This document shows positions 48,600 to 62,854 of a DNA stretch of 64,000 bases, in pieces. The notes below the pieces were generated by a model. It ran no database searches. It saw only the letters and a list, made by a program, of their open reading frames with translations, and was not told where the DNA came from. The position numbers and the translations under genes were made by a program. The first letter of the stretch is position 1. Each line of letters starts with the position of its first letter. The stretch is taken from assembly GCA_951406725.2 (NCBI GenBank), contig OX597829.1, positions 36,828,001 through 36,892,000 of the forward strand, written 5' to 3'. The stretch is from Octopus vulgaris (lineage: Eukaryota).

Positions 48600-48814
48600 T
48601 CCTTTTATTACCATATTTCTATTGATACACACTACATTTGTTTCAATTAATTTTGAAAATAATGAAGAATTTAGTTAATTAACTTCGTCATCATTAAGCT
48701 AGTGTTGGAACAACTTTTCATGAAATTTTGATGGCAAATTTTTATTTGGATCACTTTAAAGGAGTTTATTTCATAGGAACAGAGGCAATTTTAGGTGGGT
48801 TGGTATCAAAAGGA
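48600..48814. mobile_element. Degenerate piggyBac-type MITE
   Basis: Homologous to 59512-59731; ttaa / ttag flanks. Confidence 0.6.
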
Positions 48815-49154
48815 TTAGAATTGTTGAAGAAGTAGGAAAGTTGCATTGTGGAACAGTAATTGTCTTAGCCCGCTTGCCTTTGGACGGTTGATTTCTGTAG
48901 TTATCAATGTATTTTAGTGATTTAAATAAGAGTTTTGACTGTTATTTCCAGCAGATAGACATACTTAATGTCCTTTGATTAATTTTAATCCTTAAGCTAT
49001 TTAATGCTTGTTTTTTTTTGTATTATTGATTTTGTTATTATCATTTTTAAATTGTTACACTAGATAATAATAGTGTCAATGATATCTTTGCAAATTATTT
49101 TCCCTGGAATTTTTTTCTTTTTTTTTTTTTGTGAATTATTTTCTCTGAATATAG

Positions 49155-49303
49155 CACTCACTACACTCTTGGAGTGGTTGGTGTTAGGAAGGGCATCCAG
49201 TTGTAGAATCTTTGCCAGATCAGATTGGAGCCTGGTGCAGCCATCTGGCTTGCCAGCCCTCAGTCAAACTGCCAGCATGGAAAGTGGACGTTAAATGACG
49301 ATA
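49155..49303 (+). mobile_element. RTE 3' tail copy
   Basis: ggttggtgttaggaagggcatccag..ggacgttaaatgac. Confidence 0.8.
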
Positions 49304-49314
49304 ATAATTAAGAT

Positions 49315-49350
<36 letters not shown>

Positions 49351-50237
49351 ATAATAATTTGCAAATAGATTAATTGTACTACTGTGAAAGAGTCCAAAGA
49401 AAATTAAGAGTTGTTTGTTTCTTAAGTTCAGTAGCTGTTTCATTGTTAATAGTCAAAAATAAAGATATGCAGTTAGTAAAATAGCACTAACATTGTGGCC
49501 TGTGTGTACTCATCTTAGTAATTTAGTTAAACACTGTACGTGAGTGTGAGTGTAGATGAAAGATAGGTAAAGAGAGAGGGTGAATGAATAAGTATGACTG
49601 TGTCCCTTTGCCATGGTTGATTTTATGTTGGTAGCAGTTTGATCATTAGGCATTGCAGAATGTTCGTGCTGACCAAAACAACTGATTATCTGATATACTG
49701 CTTGTTGTTTGCTACTCTTTTATATGCATTGTTTAGCTTAGCTTAACTGATACAATTATGAATTCATTAGAATTTTTGCTGATAGCAAAGAATTTGGGTA
49801 TCATGAGGTAGATTTTTCATCACATCACCACTCAGTTTGAAAGATCTTGTTTTATTGTTTACTAAAGCTATTGAAAAAAATCCAGGTGCAAATTGAGACA
49901 GAGACCTGCTAGATTACTTCTCCATCAGAGAGTTGGTTGCAGAATGAACAAATCAATACATAAGTGTGGCAGGTTTTAAAGTGCATGCAAATGTTGTACC
50001 TAAAAATTGGATGTGTTGCATAGTAGGTACCAGGAGAGAGAATCTGAACTGTAGTATATGTGAATACAAGTGCATATTCAAATGCATCTGAATAGTGAAA
50101 TTGCATGTACATGTAAGTGCAATATTCAAGTGAATATGAATAAAGTGCAGCTGCCAATTTGCATTGCAAGGAGTTGAGAAAAAAAAAAGCTATATTTTGA
50201 ATTCATGGTATAAGAAAACTGGCAATTTTTGCATGTA

Positions 50238-50378
50238 CAAGGTTGTCCTAAAAGTTCGTAGAAAGTCTTGGAAAATAATGGTCTTTATTTTGAGGAATAA
50301 TTTTTGTTGTTTTTGTTAGTACTTGGCGAGTAAAAATTCAATTTTCGCAAGTGTTTACGAACTTTTGGGACAACCTAA
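50238..50378. mobile_element. Tc1/mariner-type MITE
   Basis: aggttgtcctaaaagttcgta / tacgaacttttgggacaacct with TA flanks. Confidence 0.8.
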
Positions 50379-50749
50379 TATTTAGGTAGTTGCCTTGAAG
50401 AAAATTAGAGGCACATACATTCAGAAGCTTGAACCTTTCCCCATCAAATTATTCACACCAACCATTGTTAATTCCCATTCTAATGGACCAAATAAGCACA
50501 AATCCCTTCCATCCATACATTTGTTTCTCAAAAAGCAGTCATGTATTTTGAGCCCAAAGATTGCACAATAGTACATGGCACACTATACAGGCTCATCCAA
50601 CTATTGTACTATCAGAGCTTGAAATTTATAGAAGTTCACATTTAATTCCTCTGTTTATTACTCTCTCTAGATGGAGTCCTTTTTTTATTGATTCCACCTA
50701 TAACAGAACATTACACAAGTTGAAGGTGGTGATGATGGATCAAGATATT

Positions 50750-50925
50750 TGGTACAGGTATGCTTTGTGGCTGCAAAGTTTGCTTCCCAGATATGTGGTT
50801 TTGGGTTCAGTCCCACTGTGTGGCACTTTAGGCAAATATTTTCTGCTATTAGCCCTGGGACAACCAAAGTTTTGTGAGTGTAATTGGTAGACAGAAAATG
50901 GGGAACCTATCGTATATATGTTCAT
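50750..50925 (+). mobile_element. Partial tRNA-derived SINE
   Basis: gggttcagtcccactgtgtggcac as in the family at 15742. Confidence 0.7.
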
Positions 50926-51099
50926 TTGTGTGTGATATCCTAAAGATGAGCAGATTAACAGCTTTATTCTTTGTGGGTCCTGAAGTGGCTTATTTGGCCG
51001 ATATTGGCATAAGTTCCACTCTTACAGTGGAGGAACATAACAGTAGAATCTGGACATAGTGGGATTCTTACTTTCCATTTGGCCCTCTAGTTTTTTTTT

Positions 51100-51730
51100 T
51101 ATCATTTCTGGTTCTGAGTGCTCTACTCCTGAGTACACCAGACTGAATCACAGTGAATGATCATGAGCAAGATGTTCTCAAGTAAACTTAAGTTACACGT
51201 TTTCAAAGTCATCTTGAGAGTGTATATCTTTTCTTCATGACTGAGATCCAATGCTTTTTCAACAAAGAGAATCTATTTAGGGAGTCTGGTGTTGGGCATA
51301 TATACTACATGTCCACTTCACTGCAGCTGGAATTTACTTAGGAAAGTAAACATGCTTGATATATTAGCTCTCTCTAGTACAGTTCTATTAGGAATTTCCT
51401 CCTTCCACTTGATGTTGAAAATTTTTCACAGGAGGTTTGGTGAATGTGAAAGTTTTTTGTTCAACTGTCCAGATTTCAAATTCATAAAGTAGTGTAGTCC
51501 TAACAGCTTTGTATACATCAAGATTTGTGTATACACCAGGCTTTTGCTAAACCTTGTAATGAAGGCATCCAAAGGCAAAACTAGCTTTTGCTATCTGCAT
51601 TCACTTCATCATCAATGTGAACACTGCTTGACAGTATATTCCCAAGTAGGTGAATCTCTACAGCTTGCAGAGGTTGATTGTTGACTTTCAGGATTAGTTC
51701 AATATAAGGTTTTCCAGGAACAGCATGCTC
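51100..51730 (-). mobile_element. Decayed RTE (BovB-like) RT C-terminal relic
   Basis: Minus strand reads FTYLGNILSSSVHIDDEV; downstream W.GHV..MP-like relic. Confidence 0.6.
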
Positions 51731-51764
51731 CCATGAAATTCTGTTTTCTGCTAGGGAAAACAGT

Positions 51765-52125
51765 TGTCATGCTTCAAACAGCTTACAAGTATGCTGCCAT
51801 GAGCAAAACACAAGTTTATGAGTGGTTTTCATGCTTTAGGAATGGTCACTTGTCATTTGAATAACAACCTTGTTCAGGACAACTGTCAACCTTCCAAACA
51901 AAAGAAAACATGAACTGACCTTGGAAGACTGTCTCCAAACAATTGACAAACTTGTTGATATGACTGGTGTGTCCCGGAGCTCTTGCCAACGAATTTTGCA
52001 CAAGGAATTGTGAATGCAAAGAGTTGCAACAAAATTTATGACTCACTTATGGAAGATCAAAGCAGTCATGACTGAATGCATGTCGTGAACTGAAAGAACA
52101 GTTGTAAGTTGATCTGGACCTTTTT
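51765..52125 (+). mobile_element. Mariner transposase N-terminal relic
   Basis: LQTAYKYAAMSKTQVYEWFSCFRNG..CSGQLST. Confidence 0.65.
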
Positions 52126-52149
52126 TGTTTCAATCCAATGAAAAACGAT

Positions 52150-52452
52150 GGGTGGAGGCACATGGCCTAATGGTTAGAGCAGCACTCGCGGTCAAGAGAT
52201 TGTGGGTTCGAATCTCAGACTGGACGATGTGTCTGTTTGTGAGCGAAACACCTAAGCTCCACACAGCTCCGGCAGAAGGTAATGGCGAAACTTCTGCTGA
52301 CTCTTTTGCCACAACTTTCTCTCACTCTTTCCTCCTGCATCTTGCAGCTCACCTGCGACGGACTGGCGTCTCGTCCGTGTGGGGAAGCTATACACCAGGA
52401 AACCGGCCCTTATGAGCCAGGCATGACTCGAGAAGGAACAAACAACAACAAA
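52150..52452 (+). mobile_element. tRNA-derived SINE with (AAC)n tail
   Basis: A box tggcctaatgg, B box ggttcgaatc; tail aacaaacaacaac. Confidence 0.8.
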
Positions 52453-52999
52453 AACGATGGAGGTGTTAAAAGGTACCACTTTGCAAGAGTTCCATCACTG
52501 CTTGAGATAGTGGAAAACATGCCTGGACTGATGCATTGCTTGAAATGGAGAATACTTTGAAAGCAATTAAAGTGTAAACATGTAAAACTAAGTGAATAAA
52601 ATAATACTGCAAGATTCTGGTTTCTTTGGGCACCACCTCGTACATTAAGATGTATTGAATGACCTCAATTGCTACATCTCTCACTGTTTTTGTTTGTGTG
52701 TTTTCTTTATGTATATATGAAGGGAGGACATGATTATAGCATTTGGAGGAATTTAATACATTTTCATGTTTCTCTCATTCTCTCTGTTTTGTGTAAGATC
52801 ATATTTCTTTTTTATGTGTATGAGGAGAGGGAAAATGTTTGTCAGTCATATTCAATTAATAAATTGTAATGTCTCTCTGCCTCTCTGTACATGTGCCAAA
52901 AAAGCCACCACCAGAACTTACTGGATGTCCTGTCAGCTTTGCCAACTCACCGGCATAATCAAAATAGCTGTGCTCATTCATCTCATTCTGGTTGTCTAC

Positions 53000-53690
53000 A
53001 TAACACTTCCTGTCATTGGATTTCACTGACAGTGAATGAAATAGCTTATGGCCAAAATCTCAAAATAATACAAATCCATACGAGTAATGGTGCAACATTC
53101 CATGTGCATATTACCAAGATGGCAACACTGTACAGGCAAGTGATTGGTTGGACTGAGAACCAACATTTAGAACCAAAGAAAAGGATACCATACTATCTTA
53201 TGGAGAACTTACATTTTCAGTCATCTGAATTACTGTGCCTAACTGTGGTCCTTACAGAGCATCAAATAGGTGGCAGGACTGAAGGCAATCCAGTGCCACT
53301 ACACAAAGAAGATCAACTTGGTGCAAGAGATGAGCTACTCTGAGAGGCTAAAGGAACTGAAGTTCTATTCCCTAGAGAGGTGTGAAATATATGCAATGAT
53401 AGACTTATGGAAGATCCTGGAAAGTTTAGACCCCAACTTCAGAATTGAAAGCTATACCAACCATTGAACTGGATGGCACTGCAGAGTATCAAAGCTTCTA
53501 TCTAGAATAAGGACCCAGTACTGTAAAAGCCTGGGTTTCAACGGTCCACAACTATTCAGCTTTCTGTCAAACAGACTCAGAGATTTGCAAGGTGTAGATG
53601 TGGAGATCTTCAAAAGACTTCTGGACAAATTTTTATCTGAGATACTAGATGAACCTGCATCATGGCAGGAAACACAAAGAACAGCAGCTT
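53000..53690 (+). mobile_element. CR1/Jockey-group LINE 3' relic
   Basis: LKAIQCHYTKKI..MSYSERLKELKFYSLER..WKILE. Confidence 0.75.
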
Positions 53691-53696
53691 TGAAAC

Positions 53697-55760
53697 CATC
53701 ATTATCATTTAATGTCTATTTTCCATGCTAGCATAGGTTAGATGGTTTGACCAGAACTGTACCAGGATCCAGACTGATTTGGCATGGTTTCCACAGCTGG
53801 AAGCCCTTCCTAATGCCAACCACTTTACAGTGTGCTGGGGGCGCTTCCACATGGCTCTTGCAATCCTCTTCACCAGGGGGAGCAGTCTTAAAACTTCTGC
53901 TATGGAATATGGGTCTCTAACCTTTGCATGTCCCTTGCATTCAGGGCCCGTGTCTCACTACCATGTACAATTGCTGTCTATATACATGCACCATACAATC
54001 TTCCTTTCCCTCAGAGAGAGAAACTTTTCATAACCAACAGCAGTAACAGCTCTCTGAGTTTCCTCTATCCTATTATTGTAGCTATTACACTCTCTGTACA
54101 TCCTCCACCACTATCTCTAATGAGCCATCAGGGCATTTGAGAGAATGAATTTCCCAAGTATTTGTAGTTTTTATGAATCCTGTGCATCTTCCACATATGA
54201 ACACTACTTTCTCTGATAACCTTTCTATTATTCCACTGCACCTCTTGTGTATCCATAGCTTACACAGGGTACACCGTATGGAGTTCCTGCTTACACCTTT
54301 CCTACAAATCAAGCAAGGCCACCTACCTGAAGGGGATAAGGTCCAGCCTATTTTCTTGCTTACCTTAGTTTTTGCTAAGTTAACCTTAAAGCCCTTAGAT
54401 TCCAGGTTTTGCTTCCACACCTGGAATTTCTTTTCTAGCTCTGATATGGAATTTGTTATGAGAGCAAGATCATCAGCATATAGTAGTTCCCAAAGGTTGC
54501 CGGTCTTGAATTCCTCTTTTTTTGGCCTGGAGGACAAGGATGAAAAAGAGGGGAATGTGGACAGAGCTTTGATGAAACCTACCTGTAAACCGAATTCTTT
54601 GCTGTATTTGTGGCTAACTCTCTCCTTTCTGACAGTTATCTTTGTACATGGCCTGTACAGCTTTCACAAGCTACTCATCTACCTCTAGCCCCCTCAGAGC
54701 TCACCATATCACACAGTGGGGGTACTCTACTGAAGGCTTTCTTTAGATCAACGAATGCCAGGTATAATGGTTTATTCTTAGCTGAGTACTTCTCTTGCAG
54801 TTGCCTGACTATGAAAATAGTTGTACTTCCAGGACAAAACCAAACTGTATTTCGTCTAGCCTAATTCTGCTCCTAATTAATTGGGCTATAACTTTCTCTG
54901 TAATTGCTTCTATCTAAAACATCTCCCTTACCCTTGTAACAGCTAACAATAATGCTACTAAGCCAATTACTGGATATTACACCTTCCTGAATGTTCTGAT
55001 TAACTATGCAGGCGACTGGCCTGCATCCTACCTAATCGGATATTTTAAGCATCTCAGCAATGATTCCAGATGGACCAGGGACTTTCCTGTTTTCATGTCT
55101 TAAATTATTTTATCTACCATACTGCTGTCCACTAGTATAGCTGGTCCTTCCGTTGGGTTCACATGAGGGAGATTCCCTTTATCCCATTTATTCTTCACAT
55201 TCAACAGTCTTGCATAGTAACTCATCCACACCTCTTTCTTGTCTGCAAGTGCAAGCATACCATTATCCATCTGCACACGCTATCTTGATTCTCTCTGACA
55301 CATTGTCAAGCAATCTGGAACACTTCAAGTCTCTGATCTTCATGCTGTAGGACATTGGCAAACTTCTTCTTTTCTGCTTCTCCCCTGGCTAGATAAACCT
55401 GACATCTAACTTCCCTTTTAGCTTTCTAGTATGGTCCTTTGGTACCTGCCTCTTTTCCATTCTTTCCAGACCTGTCTCTTCTCTTTTATGACCCTGTAAA
55501 CATCACTGTTCCATTAACATGTCACCCTTGATCTGGCAGAAGCTTTGCTCCAACCACAGATTTGGTCTGTCGCCCTCAGTAGATTGTCCTGTAGGAACTT
55601 CCATATGTCTTTATCTCTTCCTTCTCATCAAAGGCTTCATTAAGAACACCTCTAAATCCCTGCCTGTTTGAAAGATCCTTGAGCTTCCATAGCCTCCTTT
55701 TCCATCTCAGATTGCATATCTGGTTCCTTCTGGCCCTAAGCCTAAAGTCACCTAACGAAT
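53697..55760 (-). mobile_element. Degenerate RTE LINE with tail
   Basis: RQLQEKY..LYLAFVDL, WELLYADDL and a Cys finger (ORF 54085-54537); tail at about 53697-53840. Confidence 0.88.
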
Positions 55761-55819
55761 AAAAATTAAAGTTGGACATACTTGGACATTTGGAAGCATA
55801 CTTCAGCATGTCCCATTCC

Positions 55820-57040
55820 TAATGAATCAACTTCTCTGACCTAGCCAACACTATTGTTCTCCATTCTAACATATCCAACTTAATGGTGATAGCCATAAAC
55901 AATAATGTTCTTTAATCACCTTAAATGTTTCTCTTTCTTCGATGACCACCAGTACAGCTTCTACAGAGCCAGATCTACTAGTTATCCTACTACTTACCAG
56001 TAGAAAAGTTTGGCAAAAGCAATGTTTTTGCTGTAAACATCAGCAAGTCCTTTGACCATGTCTGATATTCATATCTCTTATTAAAACTTCCTGCCTATGA
56101 GCTTCACCCATCTTTTATCTCTTAGAGTGGTAGCTTCCTATCAAATTGTACCATTATGGCATGTTTTGATGGAACTCTTTCTGCTCCATTCTCAGACAAC
56201 TGATGTTCCCCAGAGTACACATTCGTCCAACTTTCTGTTCTATATATCAATGACCTACTTGCTGATACATCCAATGTCGCTTGCTCTTATGCAAATGGCA
56301 TGACCCTTCATTTCTTCCTGACCTTCCTTAACCATGTATCATCTGCACAAACCCAACTTGCAATGGTTCTATGAATGGATATTATGATAAAATCCCCAGT
56401 GGAATCATGCTGACCTGTCTTTTTTAACAGTGAAAAAAAAAAAAAAACTCAAACACTACTCATATCAAGAAAACATTACTGTGCCACAACCTCACTAAAT
56501 ATGAGCAGCACCCAGTTACAGCCCTCACAGTTGATAGAAATGATCATTAACACTGAGGTTCTCTCTTCACCCTATTCTTTAGGGCCAGAAGATATTTCAG
56601 CCTGCAACAGCTGTTGACACTGTACAAGGCTTAAGTGAGGACCACAATGGAGAAGTGCTCCCACATCTGAAATGGTGTTGCTGTTATGCACAAAGACATC
56701 CTGGATCTCATCCAATAAAAGTTATTTGACTAATTGGCATACCCTCACTAATGGACACATTCTAGCCCCTGCCCCACAGGTATGCTGTCTCCTTTTACTG
56801 CTTATCTATTACTGCTTAGAGCTTGTATTGTATTCTCACCACTCAGGCGTCCCTGACCCACCTGTCGCTCCACATTATGTCACTCTTGGTGCATTCCCAC
56901 CTGTTCTCAGCATCCCTAACTTTTATTCTTGATCCTTCCTCCCCATAACATTGGCCCTCAAAAATGTTTTTCCAGCTTATATCTTTCCCTCTTAAAAGAA
57001 ATATTACCACAGCATCAATTTCACCAGTTTTGGATGTCTA
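55820..57040 (+). mobile_element. Old non-LTR RT relic (CR1/L2/Jockey group)
   Basis: AVNISKSFDHV, DVPQS, YINDLL, YANG (decayed YADD) and LYKA.VR..MEKCSHI. Confidence 0.6.
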
Positions 57041-57204
57041 CAAGGGTCCATAAGCTTTGTTCCTTCCTCTACATTCAGCACAAAAAAAAACCGGATTAGA
57101 GCTTTACTGAACTACATCCCTCAAGAAGATAATGACTAAATAATCACTTATCAAGTCATTAGTAACCTGGGTCTTTATGCTCAACAATCTTCCTTAATAA
57201 CAAT

Positions 57205-57717
57205 TATTGGTGCCCTTTTACGTGCCACAGGTACGGAAGCCAGTTGGCTGCTCTGGCAACGATCACGCTCAGATGGTGCTCTTGGCACCCTAATAGCACA
57301 GCATAAGTGCCAGTCGCCTTACTGGCATTTATGCTTGTGCTAGTAAGGTGCCAAGAGCACCATCCGAGCATGATCGTTGCCAGAGCAGCCATCTGGCTTC
57401 TGTACCTGTGGCACGTAAAAGGGCATCATTCAAGCGTGATCATTACCAACGTTGCTTTACTGGCACGTGTAAAAAGATTCGAGCGAGGTCGTTGCCGGTG
57501 CCACTTGACTGGCCCCCGTGCCGGTGGCACGTAAAAAGTACCCACTACACTCTCGGAGTGATTGGCGTTAGGAAGGGCATCCAGCTGTAGAAACTCTGCC
57601 AGATCAAGGTTGGAGCCTGGTGCAGCCATCTGGCTCGCCAGCCCTCGATCAAAATCATCCAACCTATGCTAGCATGGAAAGCAGACGTTAAACAATGATG
57701 ATGATGATGATGATGAT
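57205..57717 (+). mobile_element. RTE 3' end / derived SINE with (GAT)n tail
   Basis: Reverse complement of the 43598 family; ends acgttaaacaat(gat)n. Confidence 0.85.
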
Positions 57718-59511
57718 ACTGGTTTGCAAATGTAGTGATGGTGCATAATATCAAGAAATTGATGATGTTGCAATGCTCCATATCATTAAAAAATAAGTAT
57801 TATGACTTAAATTTAAAATTTGTTTGAAATAATTGTGGATTTTATTTTATTTTTCATCTCTGCAGAATTAAAATAAATATCAGCAATATATTGGAGTAAA
57901 ATTTTATCAACTTTACTTTTCCTCTATGAATTGAGGCTTGTACCTAAGTAAAGAAAAAAAATTTTGAAATAGAAATTTTTAAAAATACAGAAGTTACAAT
58001 ACTTATTACAAAATATAATTTACTGAACAGATTTAAGGAATGAAATGGAAATATTCTTTATTTTGAAAAGAAAATAAATCGTTGGCAATTGTAAGTCACC
58101 ACCATTAATTTTTAAGAATTATTTATATATAAAAAACAAGAAATATTATCTTTCAAGAAGATAAGAATATTCAGTCCAGAACTTATTGGCAATCATATCA
58201 ACATTAAGAGTTAAAATCCTTGGTAGGCATTTCTTTGGTTGTGTATTAGATGATGTGATACTGGTACAAGTTTCTGATTCTTCATTTTTCTGAAAAAAAT
58301 TAAGTTTTGATCTGAATTCATGTTTTGAAGCAATTACTGAAAGAATAATCTTTTTCGAGGTTTAAATAAACATACATAAACTGTGGTAAAAAAAAAAAAA
58401 AAATTCCCTATTTTACATGTTAATCCTACATCACTGCTGCCAGCCTATACTCTAAAGGTAATTAATATCTATGATGTAGAATCCACTTGCAACAGTAATA
58501 AAGACTTTCCTTTCTATGAAGCAATGAACGAACCTCTCTGTGGTTTCTTAACCTAATAGAAATAGCAGCTAATTTCCCTTGAAATTCGCTCCTATCATCT
58601 TAGAAAAAGACATGTTAGATAATGTCTTTGAGTTCCTTGCAAAAAAAAATAATCTGGTCTAGCTAGGTCTGCTCAGTCACAGCTACCCTGGGTCCAAACT
58701 ATTTTCAGATACTATGGCTCCAAGTCCCAGTTTTCATTTCTCTAAATTGTTTTTTTGGATGCTTTCAATAGTTGTTCAACTATTTTTTGGCCAGATTAAA
58801 GGACATCTATATTACATCATTTTCTTCTGAACTTATTGTAGCTTCAAAGCACACAACTAACAACTCTGTTCTTGTACATTTATTGTGCCAACAATACTGG
58901 CTTGCAAAGAAGCTTAAGAATTTGTCATCTTGAATTGTCTGCATTAGGTCGTATTCTCACTTAATCACCAGCTGAAACATTTGGTTTCTTCTTTATAAGC
59001 AACAAACCAACAATGGAAGTTAAAGAGCCACTAATTTTCACTTAGATCGTTCATTACCATCTTAAGAAAACGAGGACACACTGGATTGATACTAGATACA
59101 CACAGACAGGAGGATTAAAGATAGAATACTTTTGATTACAAGTCTGCTCAATTAGGGTTGATTTGGGATTAAATAACGTTATCTTCAAACTCGTCCGCAC
59201 AAACTCTACTTCACAAGGTTTCTTTTTTTTTTTTTTTGAATGGATTGGTTTGGAGGAAAGTGTTATGCTCAAAATTTTCACAAGCCTTTTAAACAACTGA
59301 GGTTACTGTTTAGCCCCAGCTAAGCCCTAACTAAGTATACATATGATCTGATATCCCAGTCTTTTCAACTAGAATATCCAGGACAATATTATCCAATGTA
59401 TCCTTTAAGATTTGTATGATACTGCTAGCAGATTAGGCAACCACATCAGACACTTGTTCCTCATGAACAACTTCAAGTCAATGATGGAAGGCAGTCACAA
59501 TCAGTGATTAA

Positions 59512-59731
59512 CCCTTTCATTCCTGTATTTATTTTGAGATGCTCTGTGTTTCTTTCAATTACTTTAAATATAATAAGGAATTTAGTAAAATATTTTGGTA
59601 TCATTAAGCTAGTGTTAGGAACATAAATTGTGACTAAGGTTTGGTGGAAGATTTTAATTCAAAACTTATGAAAACAAGATATTTGTACTACAGAACCAGA
59701 GGCGGTTTCAGCTGGGTTGGTAATGAAAGGG
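59512..59731. mobile_element. piggyBac-type MITE
   Basis: TTAA-ccctttcatt ... aatgaaaggg-TTAA. Confidence 0.85.
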
Positions 59732-60489
59732 TTAAGTAGATCTGATAGGAAATAGCGTGAGACTAGCTAACTCCAGAGAGTAGAGGCCATTGTAGTATAG
59801 AAAGAGCAGTTAAATGGACAGAGGTATGCTAATTCTTCACTGACTACCTTTAGCAAAAGCATATTTCATCCATCCTAAAAACTGAGTAACTATTTGAAAG
59901 CATCTTCTTAAGCATGGGATGTGTTTGGTAGACTTAATCTATCACCTATGTAACCTGCTTTTAGCAACGTCTTCTTTTTGTAGACATCAGCAAAGATTTT
60001 AACAATAGGTTTCCTTCATTTCTCACTATTAAAATAGGAAATGGCTAATAAGTATATACAGGGTTGTCTCCAACCTACATTCTGTCAGTTCTGGTGTGCA
60101 TTAATGTAGGTAACTTACCTGCCAACTCTTCTAATCATAAACGTTTGCATTAGATGTTACTACTCTTTGTTCTTTGCACATAGGCATCATCCATATACAT
60201 TGGACTTACCAGAAGATTACAAAAAGTTGAATGAAAATGTAAGAAAGCGATATGTCATCAGAAACAAAGATAAATATATGTATGCAGGAAAGATGGCTCT
60301 AGCATTACAAATAACTAATGGTATATACTCTATGAAAAATTACTACTAGAACAGGTATACTGAAAAAGGGTTTTTAGGATTGGTTAAGACAATTCTAAGT
60401 ACACTAGATGAAGTATTGAGATGTACAGAAAAGTAATAATGACTAAGTGTTATTTTTTATTAGAAAATAATTTTAAATAATTTGGTCTC

Positions 60490-60702
60490 CTGGGGCTACA
60501 CACAGAGGGAACAAACAAGGACAGACAAACGGATTAAGTCGATTACATCGACCCCGATGTGTAACTGGTACTTATTTAATCGACCCCGAAAGGATGAAAG
60601 GCAAAGTTGACCTCGGCGGAATTTGAACTCAGAATGTAGTGGCAGACGAAATACTGCTAAGCATTTCGCCCGGTGTGCTAACGTTTCTGCCAGCTCGCTG
60701 CT
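60490..60702 (-). mobile_element. tRNA-derived SINE with Meta-like core
   Basis: Same family as 12425-12652. Confidence 0.85.
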
Positions 60703-60989
60703 CGTCTCCTGATACCAACACGGCTACAACAGTCAAATTAGTGGCTAAGAAACAGCAAAGAAAAACATGCAGTATGCTTCAAATTAGTTATGTGATCAAC
60801 ATTATTTCTCTTTCGTGACACTACCCTAGACCTTTGTCAACCCAGCAAAAGTTTACAACAATTATAACTAATCAGTCTTTAAGCTTGCATTAATCATACA
60901 GGAAAGAATCCTTAACTTATAGGGGCTTCTTTCCTTTATTGCTTTTGAGGACACTGTTGCATCCTACTTAGATCCATTTCCACTGTTGT

Positions 60990-61500
60990 GTCTCTTGCAG
61001 ATGTTTCACATAGCTGGAAGTTTTACTAGGCAGTACTTCACTTGGTGGTCTCCTCCTCAACACATCAACCAGGCGTCTCACCTCATAGCAGCTAAATTCA
61101 GATCTCATTTCAACTGTCCTTCCACACACTACTTGGCTAGTTCTTGTCCTAGTGTCAAATTAAACTTCTTAACCATCCCTTCCAACTGTGGTTTCAATGG
61201 AGTTGCCCTGGTCTTCTTAATCCCCAACAACTTACAACACACCTGAAACAGCTGATTCAAAGTTCCTACCCTGGTCGGAATGTTGCTCCTGTGGCATCCC
61301 AAACCAGCAGGAGAACTGGTCCACCAACACTTGTGGAATAGTCATAGCTTCTTGATCGGGGATAGCATAGAATTCTGGCCATTTTGTAAAGTAGTTCATA
61401 GCTACACATATGTCCCGACTCCCTCTTTCAGTGAGTGGCAAAGATCCTCCAATACCCACAGCAACTCTTTCCATAAGTGCAGCCACTTAGTACAGCTGAA
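60990..61500 (-). mobile_element. Gypsy LTR retrotransposon integrase relic
   Basis: ERVAV..LPLTERG..YFTKWPEFYAIPDQEA..FGMPQEQHSDQGRNFES. Confidence 0.85.
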
Positions 61501-61673
61501 GAGGAGCATACCTCCACCTCTTTAATTACAATTAAAAAACAACAACCAAGTAAGTGCAATCCACAACCATCAAAATTCACTTTATTACATCTCAAACACA
61601 TACCAATTGAAACCCGTTCATGTCCAAGAGAGTCCCTTGTTACAACATACAATAAGATAGATGTGTATATATA

Positions 61674-62170
61674 CAGGAGTTGGACAAAATAATGGAAACA
61701 CCTAGCATCATAGCACCATAATTTTGAAATATCTATAAAACTGTCAAAAGCTTGTTTATTTTTATGTTTTTTGATTTATTATTAATGTTGCTTAATATGT
61801 TTTGCTAAAATTGCTGTTTCTTTTAAGATATCATCAGAAAAAGGTAATTAAAATTCATTAAAATGACAGATCTATTGCACTTTCAAAGAGGTCAAATTGT
61901 TGGTGTTTGTATGGCAGGTGTTAGCATAACAAAAAGAGCCAAAATGTTTGGTGTATCAAAAAGTACTGTCTTGAAAGTAATGACAGCCTTTGAGAAAGAG
62001 GGAAAAACCTCGTCGAAACAAAACTTCAGAAGAAAACCAAAATTTTTAGATAGGGACTGTCGGACTCTTAGTACAGCTCCCAAAATGACTACAGAGCTTA
62101 ATGACCACCTTGAGAACCCAGATTCCACAAAAACTGTTTGCCGGGAGCTGCACAAAGCCAGATTTCATGG
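61674..62170 (+). mobile_element. Tc1-like transposon 5' part
   Basis: TA-caggagttggacaaaataatggaaacacc TIR; ORF 61863-62186 contains FQRGQIVG..FGVSKSTV..TVCRELHK. Confidence 0.88.
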
Positions 62171-62854
62171 CCAGTCACATGACTGAAACAAATAAAAGAT
62201 AGTAGGACAATTTGAGGTGATTTCAAGGGAATTTGGCTACTTTTTCTAGAAAGTTGAACAGTGTAGAAGTTTGTGATAATGTTGATAGTTATGGTAGTGG
62301 TGGTGTGTTGTTGTTGTTGTTGGTGTAGTGGTGGTGATGTCGTGGGATGATGATGATGATACTTGTGTAATCCAAAATTACCTTGATGCAGAAAATATAT
62401 GACACCTATATAATCTGCTAATGAAATGACTGTGATCAGCTGATTTACTGTACCAGATATTATATAACCTCAGCAACTTCTTAATAGGACACTTCATAGT
62501 GCCCAGCCCTACACAAACAGGCACCCTTGATACAACATCTATCTCTATATTACCAACACTACAATCATCATTGAGTCTAAGTCACAATACCACATTAACC
62601 AGAACATCAGTTGTACATTATCCAACCACACATATTGTCATATTTGTAAACTTTGCAGTGTACTTTTATATCTTCCTTTTTATCTTACTCTTAGTCAAGT
62701 AAAGTTGTTACTTAGCTACCCTTCTAGACAAATTTAAAAAATGAAAAGATTAGAAAATAGAGATTTGGTGCTTATCTTGACTTTTTTTGTTGTTGTTGTT
62801 TTTTAATCATATATGAATGTCTGATTAGAATAGAGTGCCCAAATTTGTAATACC

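Noticed and set aside
52150-52225. Possible tRNA gene (also heads at 12580-12652, 15742 and 4918-4985)
   Set aside because: A/B boxes present but no complete cloverleaf; continues into SINE body and tail.
57840-57900. Strong acceptor-like tttttcatctctgcAG
   Set aside because: No sustained reading frame or matching donor follows, and it lies well beyond the LRRC47 stop and polyA signals.
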